A DNA stretch of 64,000 nt, taken from Nitrospiraceae bacterium (GTDB lineage Bacteria > Nitrospirota > Nitrospiria > Nitrospirales > Nitrospiraceae). The notes below the pieces were generated by a model, which was given only the letters and a program-made list of their open reading frames with translations, did not search any database and was not told the origin of the DNA. The first letter of the stretch is position 1, and each line of letters begins with the position of its first letter. Of this stretch, positions 37,365 through 49,789 are shown one piece after another. The DNA is taken from contig JAENWB010000041.1 of the NCBI GenBank assembly GCA_016650275.1, forward strand, positions 6,046 through 70,045, written 5' to 3'. The position numbers were made by a program, and so were the translations under genes.

Positions 37365-37369
37365 ACTCA

Positions 37370-38548
37370 TCACGCCGCTTTTCCAGTCAACTTCACTATC
37401 TTTTGCGCCGCTTCCCACAAATCGTTGGCCACTTCAAGCTTGAGACCGGACTCGGCCAACAACTTGCGGCCTTCGTCTGCATTCGTCCCCTGGAGTCTCA
37501 CGACCAACGGCACATTGATCTTCACCTCCTTGGCCGCTTCGATGACACCATGGGCAATCCGATCACAACGAACAATCCCGCCGAAGATGTTGATGAAGAT
37601 GCCCTTGACGTTCGGGTCCTTGAGGAGGATCCGAAATCCCGCAGCCACAGTCTCCTTGGTGGCGCCACCGCCTACGTCCAGAAAATTCGCCGGTTCGCTG
37701 CCTGCCAGCTTGATGACGTCCATCGTTGCCATGGCGAGGCCTGCGCCGTTGACCATGCAGCCGATGTTCCCGTCAAGCTTAATGTAGTTCAGATTATTTT
37801 CTCCCGCTTCGACCTCGAGCGGGTCTTCTTCGTGGAGGTCACGCATCTGCTGCACATCGGCATGCCGAAACAACGCGTTATCGTCGAACGAGACCTTACC
37901 GTCCAGTGCTACGAGTTTCTTGTCGCTGGTGATGACCAGGGGATTGATCTCCACCATTGCCGCATTCTTGTCCATGAACAGACGATAGAGGTTCCCCAGC
38001 ATCTGGATGAAGGGAGTTACGACGGCCGCTTCCATGGCAGGAAGGCCGAGCGCAAATGCGATGTTTCGCCCATTGTACCCTTGGAACCCAACCGCTGGGT
38101 CAATCGCTTCCCGGATGATCTTCTCCGGCGTGCGGGCGGCGACTACTTCGATCTCCATCCCGCCTTCTGTACTCGCGATAAACACAGGCCATCCGCTATC
38201 ACGATCCACGAGGATGCTGAGATAGAGTTCTTTGGTGATGCCCGCCCCTTCTTCGATCAGGAGGCGACGGACCTCTCGGCCTTTCGGGCCGGTTTGGTGC
38301 GTGATGAGCGTCTTGCCGATCAGTTCTTTGACTAGGCCTGGAACAGCCGTCTTCTCCTTCGTAATTTTGACGCCACCGGCTTTGCCTCGACCGCCTGCAT
38401 GGATCTGGGCCTTGACGACAAACACCTGGGTATTGAGTTCTGCCGCCCATGCCGCTCCTGCCTCGGGCGAGGTAATCTCTTTCCCGCGAGGAACCGGAAT
38501 CCCAAACTGCCCAAACAATTGCTTCGCCTGAAACTCATGAACGTTCAT
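37370..38548 (-). CDS. sucC: Succinyl-CoA synthetase beta subunit
   Basis: 392 aa with a typical N-terminus ([12 protein letters not shown]) and ATP-grasp plus CoA-ligase domains. Confidence 0.95.
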   Translation of the reverse strand: MNVHEFQAKQLFGQFGIPVPRGKEITSPEAGAAWAAELNTQVFVVKAQIHAGGRGKAGGVKITKEKTAVPGLVKELIGKTLITHQTGPKGREVRRLLIEEGAGITKELYLSILVDRDSGWPVFIASTEGGMEIEVVAARTPEKIIREAIDPAVGFQGYNGRNIAFALGLPAMEAAVVTPFIQMLGNLYRLFMDKNAAMVEINPLVITSDKKLVALDGKVSFDDNALFRHADVQQMRDLHEEDPLEVEAGENNLNYIKLDGNIGCMVNGAGLAMATMDVIKLAGSEPANFLDVGGGATKETVAAGFRILLKDPNVKGIFINIFGGIVRCDRIAHGVIEAAKEVKINVPLVVRLQGTNADEGRKLLAESGLKLEVANDLWEAAQKIVKLTGKAA

Positions 38549-38558
38549 CTCAATCCTT

Positions 38559-38632
38559 TCAGGTTAAGGTTCAGGTTAAGACCAAGTGAAACATCTTCCT
38601 CGCCTCCCTCAACCTCGGCCTTAACCTCAGCC
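38559..38632. repeat. Hexamer-array hairpin (CAGGTT/AAGGTT type) in the frdA-like/sucC spacer
   Basis: The left arm tcaggttaaggttcaggttaagacc is imperfectly complementary to the right arm cctcaacctcggccttaacctcagcc. The unit is related to the array at 27840-27934. Confidence 0.6.
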
Positions 38633-40212
38633 TATTCTTTTCTTGTATACGCAGGCAGGATCATGGGTGATACCACTCCACTCACACTGCCATGCTTCTT
38701 GGCTTCGGCACGGAATCCCTTCAGATGCCCGACCGTCAATTTCCCTTGCGGCATGGCAGCGGCACGAGCCGCAGCCGTCAGCCCGGACCGCTTTCCAAAA
38801 ACCATCAGGTCGAGGAGCGAATTACCCATCAATCGATTGCGGCCGTGCAATCCGCCGGAAGCCTCGCCCGCGACGAACAAATTATTTACATTGGTTTCTG
38901 AGTTGGTATCGATCTTCACGCCGCCGTTCTGATAGTGCAGCGTCGGATAGATCAGCACGGGATCTTTGCTGATATCGATGCCAAATCGTTCGAACTGCAG
39001 CATCATCGCGGGAAAATGTTTCTCCACGGTGCCGGGGCCATGTTCGGCGTCGAGGAGCGGGGTATCGAGCCAGACGCCGATGCGCCCGGACATTGTGCGG
39101 ATGCCGCGCCCCTCTTCACACTCCCGAATAATCGAGGAAGACACGACGTCGCGGGTATCCAATTCGTTGACGAACCGTTCACCCTTCGCATTGACCAGGT
39201 GTCCGCCTTCGGATCGAATCCCCTCGGTCACCAACGCCCCGATGAGCTGCTCGGGATAGACCGCACCGGAGGGGTGATACTGAAACGTATCGATGTGCAT
39301 GAGTTTGGCGCCCAGCCGATAGGACAAGCACAGCCCATCGCCGGTCGCACCGTAGTGATTGCTGGTCGGGAACCCCTGAATATGGAGCCGACCGATCCCG
39401 CCGGTCGCCAGAATGACGGACTTGGCTGCCACGACAACGTGGCGATGGTTGTCGAGGTCTTTGAAAATGGCGCCGGTGCAGCCCCCATTCTCGTCACTCG
39501 TCAACTCTACTGCGGCGCAAAACTCGAGTACCTGGATGTTCTGATTCAGCACCTCGTCCTTGAGCACCCGCATGATTTCAAGACCGGTGTAGTCTGAACA
39601 GGTCAGGAGGCGAGGCTTCGAACTCCCGCCGCCTTTCTTGACATGGAGGTTGCCGTCCCCATCACGATCGAACAGTACGCCCAGGCTCAAGAGCCATTTC
39701 GCAATCGAGGGGCCTTCTTCGACCATCACCTTGAGCAGCTGATGGTCGTTCTGCATGTGGCCGCCCTTCAGCGTATCCACGAAGTGGGTGACGGGCGAGT
39801 CCTCGGGCGCCACCGAAATCTGCATGCCCCCTTGAGCCATCACGCTATTGGAATCGCCAAGACGAAGCTTCGTAGCCAGGATGACCTTGGCACCAGCCGC
39901 ATGCGCATGAAGCGCCGCCGCACAGCCGGCGCCGCCGCCACCCACCACGAGGACATCGGTCGTGTAATCGGGCGTCAGATCGAACCCGTCGGCAATAGGG
40001 CTATCGCCTTCCAGCAATGTCGCCAGCTCGATAACCGTCTTATCCCCGACGTTGGGACCGAAGCGGATCGGCCGATAGGCTCGTTCCCGAAAATCAGGAT
40101 GATATTTGCGGATTAGTTCGTCGCGATCCGCTGCAGAAAACTTGGGAAGGGTCTGCTTGCGTCGAGCATCCCGCGTCTGGTGCACGATCTGTTGGAGGGC
40201 GTGAATGTCCAT
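38632..40212 (-). CDS. Fumarate reductase/succinate dehydrogenase-type flavoprotein (FAD_binding_2 superfamily), putative soluble fumarate reductase subunit A
   Basis: 526 aa with the FAD fold VVGGGGAGCAAA, an SdhA/FrdA-like core, and an N-terminal extension of about 85 aa. Located between sucC and an SdhB-like Fe-S gene. Confidence 0.7.
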   Translation of the reverse strand: MDIHALQQIVHQTRDARRKQTLPKFSAADRDELIRKYHPDFRERAYRPIRFGPNVGDKTVIELATLLEGDSPIADGFDLTPDYTTDVLVVGGGGAGCAAALHAHAAGAKVILATKLRLGDSNSVMAQGGMQISVAPEDSPVTHFVDTLKGGHMQNDHQLLKVMVEEGPSIAKWLLSLGVLFDRDGDGNLHVKKGGGSSKPRLLTCSDYTGLEIMRVLKDEVLNQNIQVLEFCAAVELTSDENGGCTGAIFKDLDNHRHVVVAAKSVILATGGIGRLHIQGFPTSNHYGATGDGLCLSYRLGAKLMHIDTFQYHPSGAVYPEQLIGALVTEGIRSEGGHLVNAKGERFVNELDTRDVVSSSIIRECEEGRGIRTMSGRIGVWLDTPLLDAEHGPGTVEKHFPAMMLQFERFGIDISKDPVLIYPTLHYQNGGVKIDTNSETNVNNLFVAGEASGGLHGRNRLMGNSLLDLMVFGKRSGLTAAARAAAMPQGKLTVGHLKGFRAEAKKHGSVSGVVSPMILPAYTRKE

Positions 40213-40221
40213 GAGTTTGCT

Positions 40222-40283
40222 TTCAGCTATCAGCGTTCAGTATTCAGCTTTTGCCTCAATTTCAGAAGCTGAGAGCTGAAGGG
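40222..40283. repeat. Heptamer-array hairpin (TCAGCTA TCAGCGT TCAGTAT TCAGCTT vs AGCTGAGAGCTGAA)
   Basis: Read directly in the 86-bp spacer between the two frd-like genes. The arms are imperfect complements. Confidence 0.6.
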
Positions 40284-40298
40284 TGACTGCTCGTCGTG

Positions 40299-41009
40299 CT
40301 ATTTCACCGTCGCGCAGTGATCGACCAGTTCTTTCTCAGTCATCTTGAGAATCTTGGTCCACTCGTCGTTAAAGCGGCCGTCTTGAATTTCCTTGATGCG
40401 CGTATCCAGCCCCAGAGGCTTCTCGGTGAAATGAGCCCCCTGCGCCCGGCTCACATACAGCGCCACGAGATTAGGGGCGATGTCCGCGATACAGACCGGC
40501 GTGCACATCCCGCACATCACGCAATCCATGAACATCTCGGACACGCTCTTGAAATCACCGAAAACGGCTTTCCAGACTCCCTCCCGCACATCGATCTTCT
40601 GCGGGCAGGCTTCGGTGCAGGCGTTACAGTTCCGGCACAGCGGCGCTTCAGGGTAGAGGTTGAAGAGGTCTTGTTTCGGATCTTTGAGCGTCTGAATGTC
40701 GTAGGTGGCCTTCCGGGCCGGGAACGGCGGCATCATCGTAATCGACATGCCATCTTGCACCGCCATTTGGCAGGCCAGACAGGTCCTCACTTTAGGATCG
40801 TCCTTGGTCCGATAGTAGGCTGCGCAGGCGCCGCAGAACCCGCCAAGACAGCCGGCTCCACGGACGACTTCCTGGCCCGAATACCATAAGGCCTTGATAA
40901 TCGTGATCCCCTCCGGCACTTCGTACTTCTTGCCGGCAATCTCGACCGTGACCATCCGAGGCTTGAGCACCTCGGGTTGATCAATCACATTGGTATCTTC
41001 TTGGGCCAT
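40299..41009 (-). CDS. SdhB/FrdB-like iron-sulfur subunit (2Fe-2S plus 2x 4Fe-4S-type motifs)
   Basis: 236 aa with CLGGFCGACAAYY...CLAC, CRNCNACTEACP and CVMCGMCTPVC. Confidence 0.75.
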   Translation of the reverse strand: MAQEDTNVIDQPEVLKPRMVTVEIAGKKYEVPEGITIIKALWYSGQEVVRGAGCLGGFCGACAAYYRTKDDPKVRTCLACQMAVQDGMSITMMPPFPARKATYDIQTLKDPKQDLFNLYPEAPLCRNCNACTEACPQKIDVREGVWKAVFGDFKSVSEMFMDCVMCGMCTPVCIADIAPNLVALYVSRAQGAHFTEKPLGLDTRIKEIQDGRFNDEWTKILKMTEKELVDHCATVK

Positions 41010-41022
41010 GTATATTCCGTAA

Positions 41023-41063
41023 AGGGCTAGAGGGCTAAGGATTGCGACCCCTCGCCTCTAGCC
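41023..41063. repeat. Heptamer-array hairpin (AGGGCTA GAGGGCTA AGG ... CCCCTCGCCTCTAGCC)
   Basis: A 9-bp perfect stem ggctagagg/cctctagcc plus flanking partial pairing, in the icd/frdB-like spacer. Confidence 0.6.
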
Positions 41064-41077
41064 ACGTCGCCATTCTT

Positions 41078-43333
<2,256 letters not shown>

Positions 43334-45580
43334 TTAGTTCAACGCATTCAGCGCCGAACCAGCCTTGAACCACGCAATCTGTTGCTCAGTGATGCTGTGG
43401 TTCGCCTGGATGGTGAGCGAAGTGCCATCCGTCTTGTGTATCGTCACCTGCACCGGTTTACCGGGAGCCAGACTACTGAGCCCCGTCACGCTGATGCGGT
43501 CCTGTTGCTCAATCTTCTCGTAATCCTTCGGGTCAGCGAAGGTCAACGCCAAGATCCCCTGCTTCTTTAAATTGGTCTCGTGAATACGGGCAAAGCTCTT
43601 CGTAATGACGACGCGGACGTTGAGGAACCGTGGCGACATGGCCGCATGCTCGCGGCTGCTGCCTTCCCCGTAATTCTCATCGCCAACCACGATCGAGCCG
43701 ATGCCCTTCGCCTTATACCGGCGGGCGATCTGCGCAATGGTGAGTCCTGATTCGCCCGTCAACACATCCGTTCCCTTGCCCGGCTCTGAGGAAAAAGTAT
43801 TGTTCGCCCCCAGGAACATGTTGTCGCTGATCTTGTCCAGATGGCCGCGGAACTTGAGCCAGGGACCGGCTGGAGAAATGTGATCGGTCGTCGTCTTGCC
43901 TTTGGTCTTGATTAATAGCGGAAGCTTCTCGAAGTCCTTGCCGTCCCAACGGGGGAAGGGATGCAGCAGTTGCAGCCGTTCGCTCGTCGACGGAATGTCG
44001 ACGGTAATGGCATCACCATTCTCAGCCGGAGCGACGAAACCTTCTTCGCCCTGGGCAAAGCCCTTGGCCGGAAGTTCTTCACCCTGCGGCGGCTCCAGCT
44101 TGAATTCCTTGCCGTCAGCTCCCCTGAGCTTGCCATTGACAGGATCGAATCCCAAGTCTCCGGACAGTGCATAGGCGGTCACCACTTCCGGGCTGGCTAG
44201 AAACGACAATGTCTCATTAATGCCGTCGTTACGACCTGGGAAGTTGCGATTGAATGAACTGACGATTGAGTCGGCCTTGCCCTTCACCCCGTCGGCCCTC
44301 TTCCACTGTCCGATGCAGGGGCCACAGGAATTGGACAGGACCGTGCCGCCCATCTTCTCGAAGGTCTCGATGAACCCATCGCGCTTCATGGTGTGATAGA
44401 TACGCTCAGAACCTGGCGACACGAGGAAGGGAGTCTTCGCCTTTAATCCCGCCTTCATGCCCTGCTTGGCAATGTGGGCTGACCGGCTGATGTCTTCATA
44501 GGATGAATTGGTACAGCTCCCGATGAGCGCAGCTTTGAGTTCGACCGGATAGCCCTTCTCCTTCGCTTCTGCTGCCATCTTGGAAACTGGACGCGCCAGG
44601 TCCGGCGTATGGGGCCCGACGACATAGGGCTCGAGCGTAGACAAATCGACTTCGACGATCTGGTCATAGTATTTCTCTGGCGACTGATAGACCTCGGGAT
44701 CCGCCACCAACAATGATTTGTTGGCGATTGCAAGGTTGGCCAGGACGGCCCGATCCGTAATGTTCAGATAGGCAACCATTTTCTGGTCGAAGGGAAATAC
44801 CGATGTAGTAGCGCCCAGTTCCGCACCCATGTTACAGATCGTCCCCTTACCGGTGGCGCTGATGGTTTCGGCGCCGGGGCCAAAGTATTCGACGATCTTG
44901 TTCGTCCCACCCTTCACCGTGAGCAAGCCGCAAAGATATAGAATCACGTCTTTCGGTGAGGCCCAACCGTTTAGCTTTCCCGTGAGACGGACGCCGATGA
45001 GTTTCGGATGGAGCACTTCCCAAGGAAGGCCGGCCATGACTTCGCCGGCATCGGCCCCGCCGACACCAATCGCCAATCCGCCCAGCCCACCTCCGTTCGG
45101 CGTGTGTGAGTCGGTGCCGATGATCAAACTGCCAGGGAATGCATAGTTCTCCAGCACGACTTGGTGAATGATCCCCGCGCCAGGCTTCCAGAAGCCAATG
45201 CCGTACTTCTTCGCCGCCGAGGCGAGGAAATTATAGACTTCCTTGTTTTCGTCCATCGCGCGGAGCAGGTCCTTCTCAGAACCCATCTCGGCACGGATCA
45301 AGTGGTCGCAATGAATGGTGCTCGGCACGGCCGCTTGCTTCTTATTCGCCTGCATGAACTGCAACAGGGCCATCTGGGCCGTCGCGTCCTGCATCGCGAC
45401 GCGATCGGGCCGTAGCGTCAACATCGCCTTACCGCGTTCCCACGTTTGTGTGTCAAAATTGTCGGCATGTGAAACCAACACCTTCTCCGACAGGGTCAGA
45501 CCACGGCCGAATTTCTTTCTGGCCTTGGCGAACACGTCCGGCATTTTCGCATAGAGTTTCTTAGCAAGATCCATCGACAT
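43334..45580 (-). CDS. acn: Aconitate hydratase
   Basis: 748 aa with aconitase Fe-S ligand contexts (IGTDSHTPNGGG, GSCTNSSYED, NSCGPCIGQW) and a swivel domain. Confidence 0.93.
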   Translation of the reverse strand: MSMDLAKKLYAKMPDVFAKARKKFGRGLTLSEKVLVSHADNFDTQTWERGKAMLTLRPDRVAMQDATAQMALLQFMQANKKQAAVPSTIHCDHLIRAEMGSEKDLLRAMDENKEVYNFLASAAKKYGIGFWKPGAGIIHQVVLENYAFPGSLIIGTDSHTPNGGGLGGLAIGVGGADAGEVMAGLPWEVLHPKLIGVRLTGKLNGWASPKDVILYLCGLLTVKGGTNKIVEYFGPGAETISATGKGTICNMGAELGATTSVFPFDQKMVAYLNITDRAVLANLAIANKSLLVADPEVYQSPEKYYDQIVEVDLSTLEPYVVGPHTPDLARPVSKMAAEAKEKGYPVELKAALIGSCTNSSYEDISRSAHIAKQGMKAGLKAKTPFLVSPGSERIYHTMKRDGFIETFEKMGGTVLSNSCGPCIGQWKRADGVKGKADSIVSSFNRNFPGRNDGINETLSFLASPEVVTAYALSGDLGFDPVNGKLRGADGKEFKLEPPQGEELPAKGFAQGEEGFVAPAENGDAITVDIPSTSERLQLLHPFPRWDGKDFEKLPLLIKTKGKTTTDHISPAGPWLKFRGHLDKISDNMFLGANNTFSSEPGKGTDVLTGESGLTIAQIARRYKAKGIGSIVVGDENYGEGSSREHAAMSPRFLNVRVVITKSFARIHETNLKKQGILALTFADPKDYEKIEQQDRISVTGLSSLAPGKPVQVTIHKTDGTSLTIQANHSITEQQIAWFKAGSALNALN

Positions 45581-45625
45581 GGTGACCTCAATTTTAAATT
45601 GACATTTTACAAATAAAAATTGTCG

Positions 45626-47446
45626 TTACTTCAGCGGTGGCACTTCGCGCCGCTTCGGCGCCGCGTAATTGACGAGGTAATCGAACAGCCTGATCAAGCG
45701 GCTATCCTGACGTTTCTGATCCACCCAATGCCCGATCAATCCGATCGTGCGCGAAAGGATGAAGAACCCGTTCAAACTATCAACCGGGAATCCGATATCG
45801 ACGAGCACTGCCGCCATGGTCCCGTCCACGTTCAAAATCAGGTTGTCTTTCTTCACCGAGGTGATCTTTTCCACTTCGAGCGCAAAGTCCAAGCAGGGAG
45901 TCTTGATGTTCAAACTCTTGACGTACCCGACCAGTTCTTTAACGCGCTTGTCAGGATTGCGCAAGCTCTTGACGCGATGGCCGATGCCCGGCACTGGTCC
46001 GACGTTCTTCTTCATATAAACAAGGAAGTCGTCGACGGACATCTTGTTGTCGACCGCATGTTTGAAGTAGCGGCCGGCATCGGTCACGGCGCCGCCGAAG
46101 CGAGGGCCGATCATGATCAATCCTGCTGCAACCGACTGGGACAGGCCGATCCCAGCGCAGGCCGCAATAATCGTCCCCAGAGCCCCGCTGACGCAGGGGC
46201 CATGGTCGGCTGAGAGCATCATGATGCGCTTGACGATTTCCGCTTCTTGTTTGGAGATAAGCCGCTTGTCCCACAACAGCCCAACGACATGGGGAATCTC
46301 GTAGCCCTTATTGATGAGTTCGGAAGCGGGGTACCCGTCGTAGCAGGGTTCGTCGCCGCGGTCATCGCTGATCGTGGTGCGGATCAGCGGGGGAACCATG
46401 ACTTCGTCCGCCTTCATCGCCTCTTCGATGCTCTTGGGCAGCTTCGGCAACATGGCCGGCTCAACCGGTTCCTTAACCTGGCCTGACTTCAGCAGTTCTT
46501 GATAGATTTCCTTGATCGCCGGGCCCAAGGCACCGAACGTCGCAGGCACGATCGCACCGGACTTCTTGAGGGTGTCAGACTTGGAACGGGCCGATCCCTC
46601 ACCCTTCAGGCCTTCCTTGGCGCCTGCATGGCCGAACTTCATCCCCTTCGGCAAACTTTCCTGGCAGAAGCCGGAGACGACGGCCATCAACTTCACCCGC
46701 CGCTTCTTGGCCCCGTACCACTCGGCTGCCCGCTCTTCAAGATCGCCGCCCATTTCGCCGACGATAACGACCGCCTTCGTTTGCGGATCGTTCTCGAACA
46801 TTTCGAGATAGCTGACATAGTCGGTTCCCGGATAGGTATCCCCGCCGATCCCGATGGCCGTCGTGATGCCGTCGGCAAACTGCGAACAGATCCAGATAAT
46901 TTCGTTGGAGAGGCCGCCTGACTTGGTGATGACCCCGAACGAGCCTTCACGGTAGAGCTTCGAGAGCACGAGATTATCGAACGCTCCTCCGATGACACCC
47001 AACCGGCAGGAACCAGCTGAGACAATGCCGATCGACGAAGGGCCATTAAAGACCTTCCCGAGCTTGGTGGCATGGCGACCCAGAATCTTGGCATCTTTTT
47101 CCGGCACGCCTTCGGTAATCATGGAGACCACCTTGATGTGCGTGTCGTCCAAGGCTTCCATCCCACCCTTCATCGCCCGGTCTGCGCCAATGTAGACGAG
47201 GCTGGTGTTGATCTGAGGATGGTTGTTGGTGGCTTCGGTGACAGTCTTATAGATGGGAACGGCTACCAAGCCGCTGCCGTAGGGAATCTCGTTCGTTTTG
47301 CCTGCATCAGGCGGATAGACGAAGGCCAGGACGTTCATTGAGCGTTTGATCAGGTAGCAGAACTCGGCCATCCTGCGCGCGGCGTTCACTCCTGCGATGC
47401 CGCCTTGAATGACCACATAGGTGTCTTTGTTTGCCAGGATACTCAT
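45626..47446 (-). CDS. aclA: ATP-citrate lyase alpha (large) subunit
   Basis: 606 aa with a CoA-ligase domain including the phosphohistidine context FGHAGA, plus a C-terminal citrate-synthase-like domain. Confidence 0.9.
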   Translation of the reverse strand: MSILANKDTYVVIQGGIAGVNAARRMAEFCYLIKRSMNVLAFVYPPDAGKTNEIPYGSGLVAVPIYKTVTEATNNHPQINTSLVYIGADRAMKGGMEALDDTHIKVVSMITEGVPEKDAKILGRHATKLGKVFNGPSSIGIVSAGSCRLGVIGGAFDNLVLSKLYREGSFGVITKSGGLSNEIIWICSQFADGITTAIGIGGDTYPGTDYVSYLEMFENDPQTKAVVIVGEMGGDLEERAAEWYGAKKRRVKLMAVVSGFCQESLPKGMKFGHAGAKEGLKGEGSARSKSDTLKKSGAIVPATFGALGPAIKEIYQELLKSGQVKEPVEPAMLPKLPKSIEEAMKADEVMVPPLIRTTISDDRGDEPCYDGYPASELINKGYEIPHVVGLLWDKRLISKQEAEIVKRIMMLSADHGPCVSGALGTIIAACAGIGLSQSVAAGLIMIGPRFGGAVTDAGRYFKHAVDNKMSVDDFLVYMKKNVGPVPGIGHRVKSLRNPDKRVKELVGYVKSLNIKTPCLDFALEVEKITSVKKDNLILNVDGTMAAVLVDIGFPVDSLNGFFILSRTIGLIGHWVDQKRQDSRLIRLFDYLVNYAAPKRREVPPLK

Positions 47447-47488
47447 CGGGATCTCCCCTTATAAATTCAGTTGGCCATGGACGGCAGG

Positions 47489-48688
47489 CTATGTCGTCTG
47501 GAGTGCCTTATCGACGATATCGGTGAGCGGCGTATGGCGGTCAAAGACGTTGATATCAAACCCTTCATCCTTGAGCGCTCGCATCGCATCGAGCCCTTCC
47601 TTCTCACGCGGACCACCTCGACGCACCCAGATCTTGACGCCCTTGAGCTTGCCCTCGGACTTTGCCTTGCGGAATCCATTGATGATGCCGCCGAACGTCT
47701 TCTTCACGTCGGTGAAATTGGCAATCGCGCCGCCGACGATGATGTTCTTGATCCCAGGCAACGAACACACCTTATCCGTCAGCACTTCAACCGCCCAGTC
47801 TGGTGGATCGCCGGAGTATTCGGCGTAATTGGCCAACTTGCCACCGCGTGCGACAACCGCATCGGAATAATAGATGCTGGCACCACCGCCGGCTGGAAGC
47901 ATGGCTGTGTCCCCGCCCGCAATCTCGATAAATTTGACCGAGCCTTTGATCTTTGAATCGACCGCCATGACTTCCATTTCGTGTTTGGAATAGGCACGGC
48001 CGAATTCTGCAGCAAAAGCAAAGTTCCAATCGGGGTGCCGGAATTTGGCGTCGCCATCGAGCAGTGTCACCGCATCTAACGCGATCGGTTCACTGTCTTG
48101 CTCACGCAAGACCACGGGGTTCACTTCCAAATACTGCGCATCTTCACTGTCAAAACAGGTAAACATCTTGCCCGCGAAATCAGCCATCTTCTTGGCCAAT
48201 GGACCGGTGAAACCCGCATCCTTGGTCAGCTTCTCGAGCGCATCCGCGGAGGGCTGCTGTCCGACCTCCAAGGCCAGGCGCTTTACGCGATCCCAATTCG
48301 ATTCGACTTCAATGCCGCCGCAGTTGGCGACCAGAATATCCGTCCCTTCACGGGTGGATTTCACCGCACAATAATACTCTTCTTTGTGCGGGACCATTTC
48401 AGACACGATCACTTGTGAAACAGTGATGCTGCCGACCTGGCGGCCAATCATTTCCTTCGTCGCCGCTTCTGCCCCTTTGAGATCCAGATCAACCTTCACC
48501 AAGCCGAGCTTGAACCGAGACCCAAGCGCTTCGTGCGCCTTGACGACCAACTTAGATTTCTTGAGCCATTCATTGGCTTGGCCGAGCTTCGTCAATTCGT
48601 CAACCGAGGTGACGACAACATAGTTGGGGACCGTGATGCCCCATTTCTTCATCAGCCCCATCCCGGGACCTTCGAGCACCTTCGCCAT
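47489..48688 (-). CDS. aclB: ATP-citrate lyase beta (small) subunit
   Basis: 399 aa, ATP-grasp/SucC-like, directly upstream of aclA as in Chlorobium and Nitrospira acl loci. Confidence 0.9.
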   Translation of the reverse strand: MAKVLEGPGMGLMKKWGITVPNYVVVTSVDELTKLGQANEWLKKSKLVVKAHEALGSRFKLGLVKVDLDLKGAEAATKEMIGRQVGSITVSQVIVSEMVPHKEEYYCAVKSTREGTDILVANCGGIEVESNWDRVKRLALEVGQQPSADALEKLTKDAGFTGPLAKKMADFAGKMFTCFDSEDAQYLEVNPVVLREQDSEPIALDAVTLLDGDAKFRHPDWNFAFAAEFGRAYSKHEMEVMAVDSKIKGSVKFIEIAGGDTAMLPAGGGASIYYSDAVVARGGKLANYAEYSGDPPDWAVEVLTDKVCSLPGIKNIIVGGAIANFTDVKKTFGGIINGFRKAKSEGKLKGVKIWVRRGGPREKEGLDAMRALKDEGFDINVFDRHTPLTDIVDKALQTT

Positions 48689-48733
48689 GACGTGACTCCT
48701 TGAGAATGGTGAGAAACAATATAAAGGATGAGG

Positions 48734-48762
48734 ATTCTAACGAAATCAGCTGGGGGACTCAA
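48734..48762 (-). promoter_or_regulatory. Sigma70-like promoter candidate for the acl/rTCA operon (TTGAGT-17 nt-TAGAAT)
   Basis: Minus-strand reading TTGAGTcccccagctgatttcgtTAGAAT, about 45 nt upstream of the aclB ATG, which is preceded by AAGGAG. Confidence 0.45.
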
Positions 48763-48900
48763 TACGTCAGAGGGACTAAACGAAGAAGGCCCAAAAGGCC
48801 TAGCGGCGAGGACGGCAGTGGCATTACTATCTAAGCGCTTGAAACTGTGTGGCAATCGCCATCTTTCATCACAGATCCTCTCACGCGCGTGAGGCAAGAA

Positions 48901-49740
48901 TTATCCTGGAAGACGGTTGGATTGGCATGCGGGGCAATAGAACGAGCTGCGTTCACTTTGGAGACGGCGAATCATTCGTCCGCAGCTGTTGGGACAGGGT
49001 TGACCTTCTTTGCCATAGACGAGATGGCGACCCTTGTACCGGCCTTCCGTGCCATCCGGCGCATAGAAATCCTTGACACTTGATCCGCCACAGGAAATTG
49101 CCTCGCGAAGCACAGTTTGCATGGTGGCATAGAGGGTGGCAATCGTGGCCCCGCGCAGCTGACTCACCTCACGGTTCGGATGGAGCCTGCCGCGAAAGAG
49201 AATTTCGTTCGCGTAAATATTCCCAATCCCTGCGATCACTTGCTGATGCATCAACAGCGGCTTCAGGCGTCCACGCCTGATTTGCATGAGACGGACGAAC
49301 TCATCGCACGGCACCGTGAGAGGATCGACCCCAAAGCGGCGAGCACGGTAGCTGTCGAGTCCTGCCTGATCGAGCAAGGAAAGCCGTCCGAACCGCCGAG
49401 GATTCCAGTAACGCAGTTCCGATTCACGCCCCCCCGTGAACGACATGCGGACATGCACGTGCTGCGGGTGTTTCGTCTGCGTCGTGCGAAAGAGAAGGAG
49501 GCCTGTCATACCAAGCTCAGCAACGACGTATCTGGTCTCGTCCTCTTTTTTGAACCCCAGTGCGACGCTCTTGCCGTATCGCTCCACACCCTCCAACACC
49601 GCGCCGTGATACCACGAAAGCGTGGGCAACCCTTCCCGGACAATATCCGCTCGTTCAACCCGACACTCATTAAGCTGCGCGCCGAGGAGATAAATCCGTA
49701 GTTGCCGGGTAACGACTTCGGCTTCTGGCAATTCCGGCAT
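48901..49740 (-). CDS. mutM: Formamidopyrimidine-DNA glycosylase
   Basis: 279 aa with N-terminal MPELPEAEVV and a C-terminal zinc finger CPNSCGRMIRRLQSERSSFYCPAC. Confidence 0.93.
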   Translation of the reverse strand: MPELPEAEVVTRQLRIYLLGAQLNECRVERADIVREGLPTLSWYHGAVLEGVERYGKSVALGFKKEDETRYVVAELGMTGLLLFRTTQTKHPQHVHVRMSFTGGRESELRYWNPRRFGRLSLLDQAGLDSYRARRFGVDPLTVPCDEFVRLMQIRRGRLKPLLMHQQVIAGIGNIYANEILFRGRLHPNREVSQLRGATIATLYATMQTVLREAISCGGSSVKDFYAPDGTEGRYKGRHLVYGKEGQPCPNSCGRMIRRLQSERSSFYCPACQSNRLPG

Positions 49741-49789
49741 CGAGAAAAGTCCTCAGTAAAGTGGTCGCATGAGTGTCATGCGCTCTATT

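Noticed and set aside
45581-45625. AT-rich 45-bp aclA-acn spacer as an internal promoter (TAAAAT box on the minus strand)
   Set aside because: Only a -10-like hexamer is visible, with no convincing -35 element at 16-18 nt. It may simply be an AT-rich ribosome-loading region (GAGGT precedes the acn ATG).
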